Origin: an uncultured bacterium
Lineage (GTDB): Bacteria; Krumholzibacteriota; Krumholzibacteriia; LZORAL124-64-63
Direction: 5' to 3'
DNA: 64,000 nucleotides
NCBI GenBank assembly: GCA_963732385.1
Contig: CAVSZB010000008.1
Span: 320,001-384,000, forward strand
The translations under genes were made by a program, and so were the position numbers. The notes under the pieces were generated by a model. It searched no databases. It was given only the letters and a program-made list of their open reading frames with translations, and was not told the origin of the DNA. Shown piece by piece: positions 47,352 to 57,985 of the stretch (position 1 is the stretch's first letter; the number at the start of each line of letters is the position of its first letter).

Positions 47352-48683
47352 ATGAACCAACGCCAGTTGCCTACGCTGATCGCCTGGGGATTGCTCACCT
47401 GCCTGGCGGCGACCGCGGCCGCGCAGGTGGTCTATGCGCCGACGCCCGGCAACGATCGCCGGCCGGGGTTCGCGCTCGACGGCGTTCATCTCGAAGGCGG
47501 CATCGTGCGGCCTTTGCGCGCCGAGGATGAGCCGATCATCGGGGGCGCCGTGCACCTGGGGACGGTGCTGGCGAGGTGGCTCGACCTGACGGTGGGCGCG
47601 CGTCGCTGGAGCAGCGACCTCGATGTGGACCGGTACGACCTGGCCGGAACCGGCAGGCTCAGGGATTTCCAGATCTACACCGGTCTCGAGTACGGGATGC
47701 CGGGCACGCTGCTGGGGGTGCGTCCTTACGCCGGTGCCGGTGTCGCGGCGCATTTCCTGGGCGCTGACATCCCTGAGAACCTTCCGCTCGAAGACTCACT
47801 CGACGGCTTCCGGTCGGGCGCCTGGACCGGCTTCGGAGTGATGACGGCCCAGGACGGCTTCGGTTTGCGCGTGCAGGCGCGCCGTGACTTCGTCGACAAC
47901 GCGTCCGCGTGGAGCTACACGATGGGGCTCGGCTGGTGGCCGCACCGGCACGCCACCAACGGCTACCGGCTGCGGGCTCCGCGCGCCGCTTACGTGGCGG
48001 TGGCGCCGACGGCCGTCGCCGCGCCGGCCGCGGAGGCGCCGGCGCCGTCCGCGCCCGTACCTGTGCCCGCTCCTTCGACCGGCGCCCTGGAGCAGTTGGC
48101 CGCGACCACGCGCACTCTGCAGGCGCGCGTCGACAGCCTCGAGCGGGCGTTGCGGGCGCGGCCGGTCGCGCCGGCTCCCGCCCCGGCGCCGCAGGCAGCG
48201 CCGGCGTTCGTTTCGCCGTTGCCACCGGCCGCGGCCCCCGATCCGCGCGCGGCCTTCGCGCGGGAGCTCGCGCGCGTGGCGGAAGGCTCGGGCGCGCCCG
48301 CAGCGCTGCGCCGCGAGACCGACCAGTTCGTGCTCTCGCTCGGCGGGTCGCTTACCTTCGCCACCGGCAGCGAGACGTTGGGCCTCGCGACCAGGGAGAC
48401 GTTGCGGCGGGTGGCCGCCCTCCTGCTGCAGAATCCGCAGGGGCGCGCGGTCATCGAGGGACACACCGACAGCATCGGCGACGCGGAACGCAACCGGCAA
48501 CTCAGCCTCGCGCGCGCCACGGCCGTGTCCGAAGAATTGCGGCGCCTCGGGGTGCCCGCGTCACGCCTGGAGGTCGAGGGCTACGGGGAGTCGCGGCCGG
48601 TCGGCGACAATGGCACGAAAGAGGGACGCACGCTCAACCGGCGCGTCGATCTGCGGTTTCGGGTGGAGGAGTCCCCGCGATGA
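47352..48683 (+). CDS. OmpA-family protein (N-terminal small beta-barrel, Pro/Ala linker, OmpA C-terminal domain)
   Basis: Signal peptide, RPYAGAGV strand, FATGS, IEGHTDSIG...NRQLSLARA, GYGESRP, NRRVD; GGAG RBS. Confidence 0.9.
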   Translation: MNQRQLPTLIAWGLLTCLAATAAAQVVYAPTPGNDRRPGFALDGVHLEGGIVRPLRAEDEPIIGGAVHLGTVLARWLDLTVGARRWSSDLDVDRYDLAGTGRLRDFQIYTGLEYGMPGTLLGVRPYAGAGVAAHFLGADIPENLPLEDSLDGFRSGAWTGFGVMTAQDGFGLRVQARRDFVDNASAWSYTMGLGWWPHRHATNGYRLRAPRAAYVAVAPTAVAAPAAEAPAPSAPVPVPAPSTGALEQLAATTRTLQARVDSLERALRARPVAPAPAPAPQAAPAFVSPLPPAAAPDPRAAFARELARVAEGSGAPAALRRETDQFVLSLGGSLTFATGSETLGLATRETLRRVAALLLQNPQGRAVIEGHTDSIGDAERNRQLSLARATAVSEELRRLGVPASRLEVEGYGESRPVGDNGTKEGRTLNRRVDLRFRVEESPR

Positions 48684-48718
48684 GGGGCGACCGCAACGCA
48701 TCCCGCCAGGAGGGGACC

Positions 48719-50975
48719 ATGCAGAGGACATTGTGCAGGTATGTCGCCACCGTGGCTATCGCGCTGGCGTTCGTGGCGGGCGCGGGCGCCGTCACCGCAG
48801 GGGAGGAGGCGGGCACCGGCCTGGTGCGGGTCGATCAGGCCTACAGCCTCGACATCGGCCGCCCGCTCTTCTCGGTGTACTCCGGCTACTTCAGCCGCGA
48901 CTTCACCGGCGGCAGCGACCGGTTCTTCACCCTCACGCCCGGCGTGACCCTTGGCCTGGGCGCCGGCTTCGAGGGGGGGGCATCGCTCGCCCTGGAAGGG
49001 CTGTCCAGCCGGCTGGACAGCGAGTCCTTCGACCGCCGCTTCGATGTGCGCCGGCGCGATCTCTCCACGCGTTTGCGCTGGACGGCCCCGCTCGGCACAA
49101 CGCGCCTGCGCTCCGGCGTGGAGGGGCTGCTTGACCTGCCGCTTGGCGACCAGATCCGCGCGGGGGGCACCGAGGACCCCAGCCAGCCGCTCGACGCGGG
49201 GTTGATGGGCCTGCTCTCGACGAACGTCGGCTGGTTCAGTTTCCCGATCCGGATCCACGCCAACGCCGGCTACTGGTGGAGCCGGGATGACGGCGCGTTC
49301 TACGACCGCAGCCATCCGGTCGCGCTGCCGATCAGCGGCGCCGGGGTGACCGGCAACAATCTGGCCCTGGCCGGGCTGGCCATCGAAACCGGCCTGCGCC
49401 GTGTCTCGCTGTTCGCCGAGCTGGTCACCGAGCAGTTCGTCGAGGCCCGCAGCGCGGTGCACGGCAAGGAGAATCTCTGGCTGCTGACGCCGGGGTTGCG
49501 CACCAAGCTGACCCCCTCGATCGAGTTCACGGCCGCCATCTCCTTCAACCTGTCGGCCGACGATCCGGCCACGGCGTTCAATCCCGATGACGTGTACCCC
49601 GACTACGAACTGCGCGCGGGGCTGACGCTGGGCGACATCCTCGCCCGCGAGCGCTCCGAGGCGCGGCAGCTGCCGCGGGCGGTTGCCGTGGCGTACGAGG
49701 CGCCGCGGTGCGAACAGCCCGCGCCGGCCGTCCCCGTGATCGAGACGGCCGCGCGCCCCGCGCCGCCGCCCGGCCCGCCCGTGGTCGCGACCCCTGAGCG
49801 GCTGAGCGCGATCGAAGACCGCCTCGACCGGATCGAACTGCAGAATCGGCTCGAGTCGATCGAGAGCCGGCTGTACCGGCTCGAGACGCCGGTAGCGCCC
49901 GCGCCGGCTCCCGCCATCGTCGCTCCGGCCGCCCCGGCCGGGGCTGCGGCGGTGATTCCGGCACCTGCGCTCGAGCCGACGCCGGTTGCTGCGCCGCTCC
50001 TGGCCCCGATCGTCCAGGCCGTGGCAGCGCCGGACACGCTCGCGCCGGCCCGGCCCGATACCCTGCCCACGACCACGGCCCCGGTCGCCGCCGCAGCGGC
50101 CCCTGCCGGCACCGGGCTGGCCGCTCCCGCCATGCCTCCGGTTCCCGCGCTGGCAAGCAGTGGCGCGGTTCCTTTGCCGGCCGCGACCGGCCCCTCCCTG
50201 CGCGAGCAGGAACTGGCGGGCGGCGAAGGCCCTCCAGGCGCCGGTCGATGCGATGCCCCCGGTGCCGGCCCCGGCCCCGGCCGCGGCGCCGGCCGCCGAA
50301 GCGAACGAGGCGCTGGCCCGGCAGATCGATGAATTGCGGCTCCGGATGGATGCCCTGGCCGCGCTCGATGCGAGCCGTGGGTCGGATCGGCTGGCCGTGA
50401 TCCAGCCCGGTGGCGCCACGCCGACGGAGATCCGCCTGCCGGTCGTCGTGCCGTCCACAGTGCCTGCGCCCGCGCCCACGCGGTCCGCTCCGGCCTCCTC
50501 GCCGCCGCCGCCGACTACGCCGACTCCGGCGCCGACGCTGGCATTGACGCCGGCTCCGGTCGCCGTGGCCTCGGACGCCGGGGTCATGGCTCAGCCGCGG
50601 CCGGAGTCGCCTCCGCCACCGCCGTTTCGGCTCGCGGTGGGGGGAAGCCTGACGCTGCCGGGGTGGTCGCAGACCGGCGACAACCTCGGCGCCGGTTCCG
50701 CCGTTCGCGCCGAGCTCGACGCTCTCGCGGCCGGCCTCGTCGCGCATCGCGATGTGCGGCTCGTCCTGCTTGTGCACGGCTCCGGAACCGACCGTGAGGC
50801 GGCGCTCGCGCGCACCGAGAGCGAGTCACACGATCTGCGCTCCTACCTGGTCAGCGCCGGTGCCGACTCGGCCCAGGTACAGCCGCTCGGGATGGGATTG
50901 ACGGAGCCCCTGGTCCCGGTCGACGCCCCCGACGCGGGGCGCAACGCCAGGGTCGAGGTCTCCAGGGTCCGCTGA
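48719..50975 (+). pseudogene. Beta-barrel + Pro-rich linker + degenerate OmpA-like domain, split by one extra base at 50218-50220
   Basis: Track ORFs 47909..50332 and 49986..50975 join as ...LREQELA|AAKALQAPV... if one G of GGG is removed. C-terminus has LRSYLVSAG, GMGLTEP, NARVEV. May be a sequencing error. Confidence 0.7.
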
Positions 50976-51150
50976 CTCGCGGCCGCGCCGTACATTCTTC
51001 ACGATTTCGCGCAGCAGGCGGGTGCGGTGCCCGAAGGGGCCGCCGTAGGCGTCGGTGCGCCGGGGTGTGAACTTTTCGGCGCGTCCGGAGGGTCGTGCGA
51101 TTTCGATGGGAGCCGGGATCCCCCTCACCGCTTCGGGAGGCTGACGCCCC

Positions 51151-53544
51151 TTGTCCGATCCCGTGTCGTCGCGCGTGACGCCGAATTCCGTGGCCGACCG
51201 GCCGCGGCCGTGGCGGCGGCTCGTGCGTCGCCTGCCGCTGACGTTCACGCTGGTCGTCGGCATCCTGGTCGTCAACGGGCTCGGTGGCTGGCTCGCCCGG
51301 CCGCTGCCGCGGCTGGAGCTCGAGCGCTGGGGGCTCGGCTTCGCGGACATCGTGGCCGGACACCTCGGACGTCTGCTGACCACGCCGTTCCTGGTGCTGC
51401 GGCCGGCGATGGCGGTCTCGACGGTCGCGATCATCCTGCTCTTCGTCGGCACCTGCGAACTGCTCCTGCGCACGCGGCGGGCGGCCGTGGTCTTCGCGGC
51501 CGGCCATGTGACCGCCTATCTGGGCGCGTACGGGCTGCTCGCGCTGCTGGCGCGGCTCGGTGTCGGCGAGGCGGCGGCGCTGCTGGTCCAGCGCGATGTC
51601 GGCGCCTCCAACGGGGCGTTCGCGGCGGCCGGCGCGGCGCTGGTGTGGCTGCCGGCGGGGGTGCGGCGCCCGGTGGTCTCGCTGCTCGTGCTCTATCTCG
51701 TCGGCGCGTTGCTGCTCTCGCACCGGATCTGGGATCTGAGCCATGCGCTCGCCTTCGCGACCGGCCTGGGCCTGGGCGTCTGGCTGCTGCGACGCGAGGG
51801 ACGCGCGTTCGACGGGCTGATCGTCCGCCCGGTGATCACGCGACGCCAGCGGCCGCAGATCCTGGCGGCGCTGGTGGCGACGATGGGGATCGTCGACGTG
51901 CTGGCGTCGTTCCTGTTGCCGCATCACGCGGGGTTCGCGCGGCTGGTCGACTGGCTGCCGCTGGGCGGTCCGCACCTGCCGCGGCATCTGCTGGTGCTGG
52001 GCGGGTTGTCGCTGACGATCGTCGCCGGCGGCCTGGGACGCGCCCAGCGCACCGCCTGGTGGATCGCGTTCGTGGCCCTGCTGCTCTCCTTCCTGCTGCA
52101 CCTGCAGCTGGAGGTCAGCGCCGTAGGCGCGTTGCTGGCCGTCGGTCTGATCGTGATGCTGGTCGCGTGGAAGGATGATCTGCGCGCGCCGACGTGCCGG
52201 CCGGCGCTGCGCGATGCGGGACGCTGGCTGCGCAATCTCGCGCTCGGTCTGCCGGCGGCCGGCGTCGCCGGAGTGTTCGTGCTGCGGTCGCAGTTCGCGC
52301 CGCTGCCGGCCTGGCGGCTCGTGGCGGGCGACCTGGCGCGGCGACTGCTGTTCCAGCCGCCGCAGCGCCTGGTCGCGCACGAGCATCCGGCGGCGTGGTT
52401 GCTGGCGGCCCTGCCGCTGGTCTGGTGGGGCGGCCTGCTCGTCTGCCTCGTCCAGCTGCTGCGCGGCGTGCGCCCGCGGGCCGCCTCCCCGGACGAACGG
52501 GAACGGGCGCGCGGCATCATGCTGGCGCACGGCGGCACCGGCACGGCGTTCATGACCCTCTGGCCCGGCAACGCGCTGTTCTTCGCGCCGGGCGACGAAG
52601 CCTACGTCGCCTATCGCGTCCATGCCCAGGTGGCGGTCGCGCTTGGCGATCCGGTCGGTCCCGCGGCGGCGGCGGCCGGCGCCGTGGCCGCCTTCGACGC
52701 GCACTGCGCCGCCATGGGCTGGACGCCGGTGTTCTTCGCCGTCGGCGACCGGCTGCCGGGCGTCTACGCCGCCGCCGGCCTGCAGCGGCTGAGAATCGGC
52801 GAGGAGGCGGTGCTGCCGCTGGCCGGGCTCGAGTTCAAGGGGCGCGACTGGCAGAACATGCGCACGGCGCTGAACCGGGCGCAGCGGGAGGGGTTGGCGT
52901 TCCACCTCTACGAGGGGGGGACGGTGCCGGCGGCGATCGAAGCGCAGCTGTTCGCCATCAGCGCCGAGTGGCAGCAGGGCAAGGGACTGCCGCCGCTCGG
53001 CTTCACGCTCGGCACGACCGAAGACGTGCGCGACCCGGCCGTCGACGTCGCCGTGGCGGTCGCCGCGGACGGCCGCGTGCAGGCGTTCGCCGACTGGCTG
53101 CCGGTGCCGGCGACCGGTGGCTGGGTCATCGACCTGATGCGTCGCCGCGCCGACGCGATGAGCGGCATCATGGAGTACCTGATCGGGATGTCGCTGCTGG
53201 CGTTCCAGCAACGCGGCGACAGCTTCGCCAGCCTGGCGACCGCGCCGCTGGCCGATCTGGACCGCGAGGCGGAGGCGTCGCTGCCGGGGGTCGTGATGAA
53301 GGCGCTGTTCGAGAACTTCGAGACCTTCTACGACTTCCGTTCGCTGTTCGATTTCAAGGATCGTTTCAAGCCGCGCTGGGAGCCGGTCTATCTCGCCTAC
53401 CGCGATTCCGCCACGCTGCCGGCCGCCGCCATGGCGGTGTTGCGCGCCCACCTGCCGGAACTCGATGCGACCGGCGTGGCCCGCCTGCTCGGCGGATCGC
53501 TGGCCGACCGCCTGCCGCTGCTGCGGACCGCGCAGTCGGACTGA
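51151..53544 (+). CDS. Aminoacyl-phosphatidylglycerol synthase (MprF/DUF2156 catalytic domain) with rhomboid-like N-terminal membrane domain
   Basis: VALGDPVG, IGEEAVL, MRTALNRA, LGFTLG, IDLMRR, SLATAPL, SLFDFKDRFKPRWEPVYL; N-terminal DVGASNG and DLSH. Start uncertain. Confidence 0.85.
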   Translation: MSDPVSSRVTPNSVADRPRPWRRLVRRLPLTFTLVVGILVVNGLGGWLARPLPRLELERWGLGFADIVAGHLGRLLTTPFLVLRPAMAVSTVAIILLFVGTCELLLRTRRAAVVFAAGHVTAYLGAYGLLALLARLGVGEAAALLVQRDVGASNGAFAAAGAALVWLPAGVRRPVVSLLVLYLVGALLLSHRIWDLSHALAFATGLGLGVWLLRREGRAFDGLIVRPVITRRQRPQILAALVATMGIVDVLASFLLPHHAGFARLVDWLPLGGPHLPRHLLVLGGLSLTIVAGGLGRAQRTAWWIAFVALLLSFLLHLQLEVSAVGALLAVGLIVMLVAWKDDLRAPTCRPALRDAGRWLRNLALGLPAAGVAGVFVLRSQFAPLPAWRLVAGDLARRLLFQPPQRLVAHEHPAAWLLAALPLVWWGGLLVCLVQLLRGVRPRAASPDERERARGIMLAHGGTGTAFMTLWPGNALFFAPGDEAYVAYRVHAQVAVALGDPVGPAAAAAGAVAAFDAHCAAMGWTPVFFAVGDRLPGVYAAAGLQRLRIGEEAVLPLAGLEFKGRDWQNMRTALNRAQREGLAFHLYEGGTVPAAIEAQLFAISAEWQQGKGLPPLGFTLGTTEDVRDPAVDVAVAVAADGRVQAFADWLPVPATGGWVIDLMRRRADAMSGIMEYLIGMSLLAFQQRGDSFASLATAPLADLDREAEASLPGVVMKALFENFETFYDFRSLFDFKDRFKPRWEPVYLAYRDSATLPAAAMAVLRAHLPELDATGVARLLGGSLADRLPLLRTAQSD

Positions 53545-53574
53545 ACGGCGTGTCGGCACCGGTCCGCGCGCCGG

Positions 53575-54072
53575 TCAGACCAGCGTGATTCCCTCCAGTT
53601 CGAGCAGCCGCGCCTTGATCGACAGGCCGCCGGCGTAGCCGGTCAGCGAGCCGTCAGCGCCGACGATGCGGTGGCACGGGATGACGATCGGCAGCGGGTT
53701 GGCGCCGTTGGCGGCGCCGACCGCGCGCACGGCGCGGGGGCGGCCGATGCGGCGGGCGATCTCGCCGTAGGAGGCGGTGGCGCCCCAGGGCACCCCGAGC
53801 AGCGCCTCCCAGACCGCGCGGCGAAACGGCGTGCCGTGCGGGGCGAGCGGCAGGTCGAAGACCCGCAGACGGCTGGCGAAGTAGGCGGCCAGTTGCTTCG
53901 CCGCCTCGCGCAGGACCGGGTCGTCGGGGCGTCCGGCGGCGGCGCGGCCGCGGGCGTGGAAATCGATCGCGGTGAGCGCGGCCCCGTCGCCCGTCAGGCG
54001 CAGGGGGCCGAGCGGGCTGGGCACCACGCAGGCGGGCAGGTCGACGGGGCGGGGATCGCTCGCGCTGGACAC
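53575..54072 (-). CDS. ogt: Methylated-DNA--protein-cysteine methyltransferase
   Basis: [37 protein letters not shown]. Confidence 0.95.
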   Translation of the reverse strand: MSSASDPRPVDLPACVVPSPLGPLRLTGDGAALTAIDFHARGRAAAGRPDDPVLREAAKQLAAYFASRLRVFDLPLAPHGTPFRRAVWEALLGVPWGATASYGEIARRIGRPRAVRAVGAANGANPLPIVIPCHRIVGADGSLTGYAGGLSIKARLLELEGITLV

Positions 54073-54162
54073 GGTTGCCTCCTCGTCGCGGCCGTCGGCG
54101 GCCGCCGGTCTGATCTCCTGTGTGCAGCCGGCTGCACACGATTCCTTAAGTGCGACGACTCC

Positions 54163-55614
54163 TCAGCCGGCCGACTGCCAGAGGTGCAGGGTGGCGTAGG
54201 CGCGCCAGGGGCGCCAGGCCTCGGCGCGGGCCTGCGCGGCGGCGGCGGTGGCCGGCCGGTCGTCGCCAGCGGCGAGGGCGCGGCGGACGCCGAGGTCGCC
54301 GGCGGGGAAGGCGTCGGGGTCGCCGAGGGCGCGCAGCGCCACATACTGCGCGGTCCATGGGCCGATGCCGGGCAGCGACTCGAGGCGGGCGCGCAGGTCG
54401 TCCGGGTCGGCGGCGTCGTCGAGATCGAGACGGCCGTCGCGCACCTCGGTCGCCAGCCGGACCAGCGTGGCCGCCCGGGCGCCGGTGAGGCCGAGGCGGG
54501 TCAGGTCGGCCTGCGCGAGCGCGGCGGGCGTGGGGAAGAGGCGGGTCGGGCCGCCGGTCGGGGCGTTGGGCAGCGGCTCGCCGAGCGTGGCGGCCAGCCT
54601 TCCGGCCAGCGTGCGGGCGGCGGCCACGCTCACCTGCTGGCCGAGCACGGCGCGCACCGCCAGCTCGAAGCGGTTCCAGGCGCCCGGCACGCGCAGCCCG
54701 GGACGGGCGCGCACGCGCGGGGCGAGCAGCGGGTCGCGGCGCAGGTCGCGGTCGATGGCGGCGGGGTCGGCGTCGAGGTCGCAGAGGCGGCGCGTCCGCA
54801 GGACGAGGTCGGCCAGCGCCGGGGCCAGCGCCACCGGCGCGCGCAGTTCGAGGTGCGCCGCGCGAGCGGCCGGCCGGATCGCGATCACGCCGGCCGCAGC
54901 CCCGGCCCGCACGGCGCGGCGGTAGGTCGTAGCATCGACGCTCTCCACGCCGGGGATGGCCCGCTCGCGCAGGAAGGCGAGCAGCGCGGCCCAGGCCAGC
55001 GGCGGGCGGTACGGCAGGCACAGCGTCAACACGCCCGTCTCAGCGGCGCCGGACGATCGGCGCAGCGCGGACGGCGGCGCGCCGAATGTGGCGCGCAGGG
55101 CCGCGTTGAAGCGGCGCACACTGCCGTATCCGGAAGCCAGCGCGATCCTGGTGAGCGGCAGGTCGGTCTGATCGACGAGCAGACGCGCGAAGTGCGCGCG
55201 GCGGGTCTGCGCAACGGCCAGCGGCGAGGCGCCGAGGTGGTCGGCGAACAGACGGCGCAGGTGGCGGTCGCCGATGCCGAGGCGCGCCGCCAGCGTGGCG
55301 ACGTCCGCGCCGCGGCCGTCGAGCGCTCCGGCGTCGATCAGCCGCAGGGCCCGGCGCACGGTCACCGGGGCGCCGATCCAGGCGGGGCTGCCGGGCGCGG
55401 TTTCCGGGCGGCAACGGCGGCAGGGGCGGAAGCCGGCCTCCTCGGCGGCGGCGGCGCAGGAATAGAAGCTGACGTTGCCACGCCCGGGCGTCCGCGCCGG
55501 ACAGACCGGGCGGCAGTAGATGCCGGTCGTCGTGACGGCGGTGAAGAACCGGCCGTCGAAGCGGGCGTCGCGGCTGGCGACGGCGCGGTAGCAGATGTCG
55601 GGGTCGAGCGTCAT
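54163..55614 (-). CDS. alkA: Ada Zn/AraC domain fused to AlkA DNA-3-methyladenine glycosylase II
   Basis: TTGIYCRPVC, FRPCRRC, AraC HTH, AVLGQQVS, HhH LPGIGPWTA, DAFPAGD, WRPWRAYA. Confidence 0.93.
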   Translation of the reverse strand: MTLDPDICYRAVASRDARFDGRFFTAVTTTGIYCRPVCPARTPGRGNVSFYSCAAAAEEAGFRPCRRCRPETAPGSPAWIGAPVTVRRALRLIDAGALDGRGADVATLAARLGIGDRHLRRLFADHLGASPLAVAQTRRAHFARLLVDQTDLPLTRIALASGYGSVRRFNAALRATFGAPPSALRRSSGAAETGVLTLCLPYRPPLAWAALLAFLRERAIPGVESVDATTYRRAVRAGAAAGVIAIRPAARAAHLELRAPVALAPALADLVLRTRRLCDLDADPAAIDRDLRRDPLLAPRVRARPGLRVPGAWNRFELAVRAVLGQQVSVAAARTLAGRLAATLGEPLPNAPTGGPTRLFPTPAALAQADLTRLGLTGARAATLVRLATEVRDGRLDLDDAADPDDLRARLESLPGIGPWTAQYVALRALGDPDAFPAGDLGVRRALAAGDDRPATAAAAQARAEAWRPWRAYATLHLWQSAG

Positions 55615-55674
55615 GCGCGTATCATACGCGAGACGCGCCCGGGCGGCTGGCCGTTTTCGGCTGTGGCGGCGGGG

Positions 55675-55908
55675 TCAGGCGAGCGGCAGCGGCTTGCAGA
55701 GCAGGTGGCGGTCGTTGGCGGCGCGGCCGCACTTGCGGCAGACATGCGTGGCGCCGAGCACCGCCTCCGCCATGATCGTGGCGTCTGCGAAGGTCTCGAC
55801 GTCCCATTTGCAGACCGGGTGGCGCGTCGCCGCCCCGGCCGGCGCGTCCGCAGCGGCCTTTCGGCCCGCCTTCCGCGCCTTGTCCCGCTTGTCCTTCTTC
55901 TTGCCCAT
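55675..55908 (-). CDS. Small basic Cys-rich protein, putative Zn-binding
   Basis: 77 aa, VCKW...HVCRKCGRAAN...LLCKP; GGAGG RBS before ATG 55908. Confidence 0.7.
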   Translation of the reverse strand: MGKKKDKRDKARKAGRKAAADAPAGAATRHPVCKWDVETFADATIMAEAVLGATHVCRKCGRAANDRHLLCKPLPLA

Positions 55909-56005
55909 CGTCGCCTCCAGCTGCCCGGGTCCCGGTTCGGCGCCGGGGTCGGTGGGTCAGATGTTAGCAACGATTGTTCCGGACCGCCGCCCGGACCGGT
56001 ATCGG

Positions 56006-56578
56006 CTACTTCCGCTTGAGCACCGCGCGCCAGCCGCCGGCAGCCGACGCCAAGGGGCGGTTCAGCTTGAGGACGCCGCCCAGCATTTCGGTCGTGTAGA
56101 ACGCGTCGGGGGCGGTCTGCTTGACGATCCGCAGGATCCGCGCGAGCTCCCGCCGGCGGCAGACGATGTAGACCATCGTGACCGGCCCGTGCAGCCCCTC
56201 GCCGGGGAAGACCGTCACGCCGAACCCCTCGGCGCGGACGAGCGCCGGCAGGGTGTCGACGCCGTGGGGGCAGATCACCCGCAGCGCGACATCGCCGAAG
56301 GCGATTTTCCGCTCCAGCATGATGCCGGCGATGTTGCCGGTGGCGAAGCCGAGCGCGTAGAACAGCCCCAGGATCGGCCGCGCCGCGACCTTGTCGAGGA
56401 CCGCCGCGATCACGACGAGCCACATCGACACTTCGACGAAGCCGAGGAAGAACGAAACCCAGGTGCGGCCCTGCACGATGGCCAGCGTGCGCAGAGTGCC
56501 CAGCGACACATCGCCCACGCGCGCCACGAAGATCAGCGCGCCCAGCGCCAGGGTGGGTCCGTCAAGTCCGCTGGTCAT
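56006..56578 (-). CDS. UPF0316 / DUF2179-DUF5698 membrane protein
   Basis: IFVARVGDVSLGTLR, GFVEV, YALGFATGNIAG, GFGVT..GEG, PDAFY. Confidence 0.88.
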   Translation of the reverse strand: MTSGLDGPTLALGALIFVARVGDVSLGTLRTLAIVQGRTWVSFFLGFVEVSMWLVVIAAVLDKVAARPILGLFYALGFATGNIAGIMLERKIAFGDVALRVICPHGVDTLPALVRAEGFGVTVFPGEGLHGPVTMVYIVCRRRELARILRIVKQTAPDAFYTTEMLGGVLKLNRPLASAAGGWRAVLKRK

Positions 56579-56587
56579 CCGTCCGTC

Positions 56588-57850
56588 CTACGCCCGGTCG
56601 AAGTCGCGGCCCATGTTCGCGATCAGCGCCGTGGCGAACTCGCTCGTCTTCACTTCGCGGGCCCCCTGCATCAGCCGCGCAAAGTCGTAGGTGACGACCT
56701 TGTCCCTGACCGTTCGCTGGAAGGCGTCGATGATCAGCTTGCCGGCCTCGTCCCAGCCCATGTACTCGAGCATCATCACGCCGGAGAACAGCAGGCTGCC
56801 GGGGTTGACCTTGTCCTGGTCCGCGTACTTGGGGGCGGTGCCGTGCGTGGCTTCGAACAGCGCGGTGCCGTCGCCGATATTGGCGCCCGGAGCGATGCCG
56901 ATGCCGCCCACCTGGGCCGCCGTCGCATCGCTCATGTAGTCGCCGTTGAGATTGGGCATCGCGAGCACCGAGAACTCGCTCGGCCGCAGCAGCATCAGCT
57001 GGAAGGCGATGTCGGCGATGCGGTCCTTGATGACGATCTTACCGGCCGGCTGCTTGCCGCCGTAGACGGAGTACAGTTCGTCCTCGGTTATCGTCACGTC
57101 GCCGAACTCCTGCTTCGCCAGCTCGTAGCCCCAGGCGCGGAACGCCCCCTCGGTGTACTTCTGGATGTTGCCCTTGTGCACGAGCGTCACGCTTGGCAGG
57201 CCGCGCTCGACCGCATAGCGGATCGCCTTGCGCACCAGCCGCTTCGTGCCGAACTCGCTGATCGGCTTGATGCCGATGCCGGCGTCGTCGCGGATGGTGA
57301 CGTTGAATTCCTGCTTGAAGAAGGCGCGAATCTTCGCGGCCTGCGCGCTGTCCCAGGCGAACTCGATGCCGGCGTACACGTCTTCGGTGTTCTCGCGGAA
57401 GATGCAGATGTCCACCTGGGTGGGGTCGAGCATCGGGCTGGGCACCCCGGCGTAGTGGCGGACCGGCCGGATGCAGGCGTAGAGATCGAGCAGGATGCGC
57501 AAAGAGACGTTCAGACTGCGGAAGCCGCCGCCGACCGGCGTCGTGAGCGGTCCCTTGATGGCGACGACATACTCGCGGATCGCCTCGACCGTCTCGTCCG
57601 GCAGCGGGTTGCCGGCGTACTTCGCCATCGCCGCTTCGCCGGCGTAGAGGTTCATCCAGGCGATGCGGCGCCGGCCGCGATACGCCTTCTCCACCGCCGC
57701 GTCCCAGATGCGCAGACAGGCGCGCGTGATGTCGGGGCCGATGCCGTCGCCCTCGATCACGCCGACGATCGGGTGGTCGGGCACGGTGAGGGTCCCGTTG
57801 CGGTAGGTGATCTTCTCGCCCGCGGGCACCACGATCTTGTCGAACGCCAT
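56588..57850 (-). CDS. icd: Isocitrate dehydrogenase (E. coli Icd type)
   Basis: [64 protein letters not shown]. Confidence 0.96.
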   Translation of the reverse strand: MAFDKIVVPAGEKITYRNGTLTVPDHPIVGVIEGDGIGPDITRACLRIWDAAVEKAYRGRRRIAWMNLYAGEAAMAKYAGNPLPDETVEAIREYVVAIKGPLTTPVGGGFRSLNVSLRILLDLYACIRPVRHYAGVPSPMLDPTQVDICIFRENTEDVYAGIEFAWDSAQAAKIRAFFKQEFNVTIRDDAGIGIKPISEFGTKRLVRKAIRYAVERGLPSVTLVHKGNIQKYTEGAFRAWGYELAKQEFGDVTITEDELYSVYGGKQPAGKIVIKDRIADIAFQLMLLRPSEFSVLAMPNLNGDYMSDATAAQVGGIGIAPGANIGDGTALFEATHGTAPKYADQDKVNPGSLLFSGVMMLEYMGWDEAGKLIIDAFQRTVRDKVVTYDFARLMQGAREVKTSEFATALIANMGRDFDRA

Positions 57851-57985
57851 GGGACCGTCTCCTTGCTGATGGCGGGAACCGGCGGCGGCGGGTGCCGTCG
57901 CGGGCAGAATATTAACCGATCGCCGGGACAATGGAAAGCAGCGGGTGGGCCGGCGATCGCCGGCGCCGGGCGTGGCGGTCGCGCG

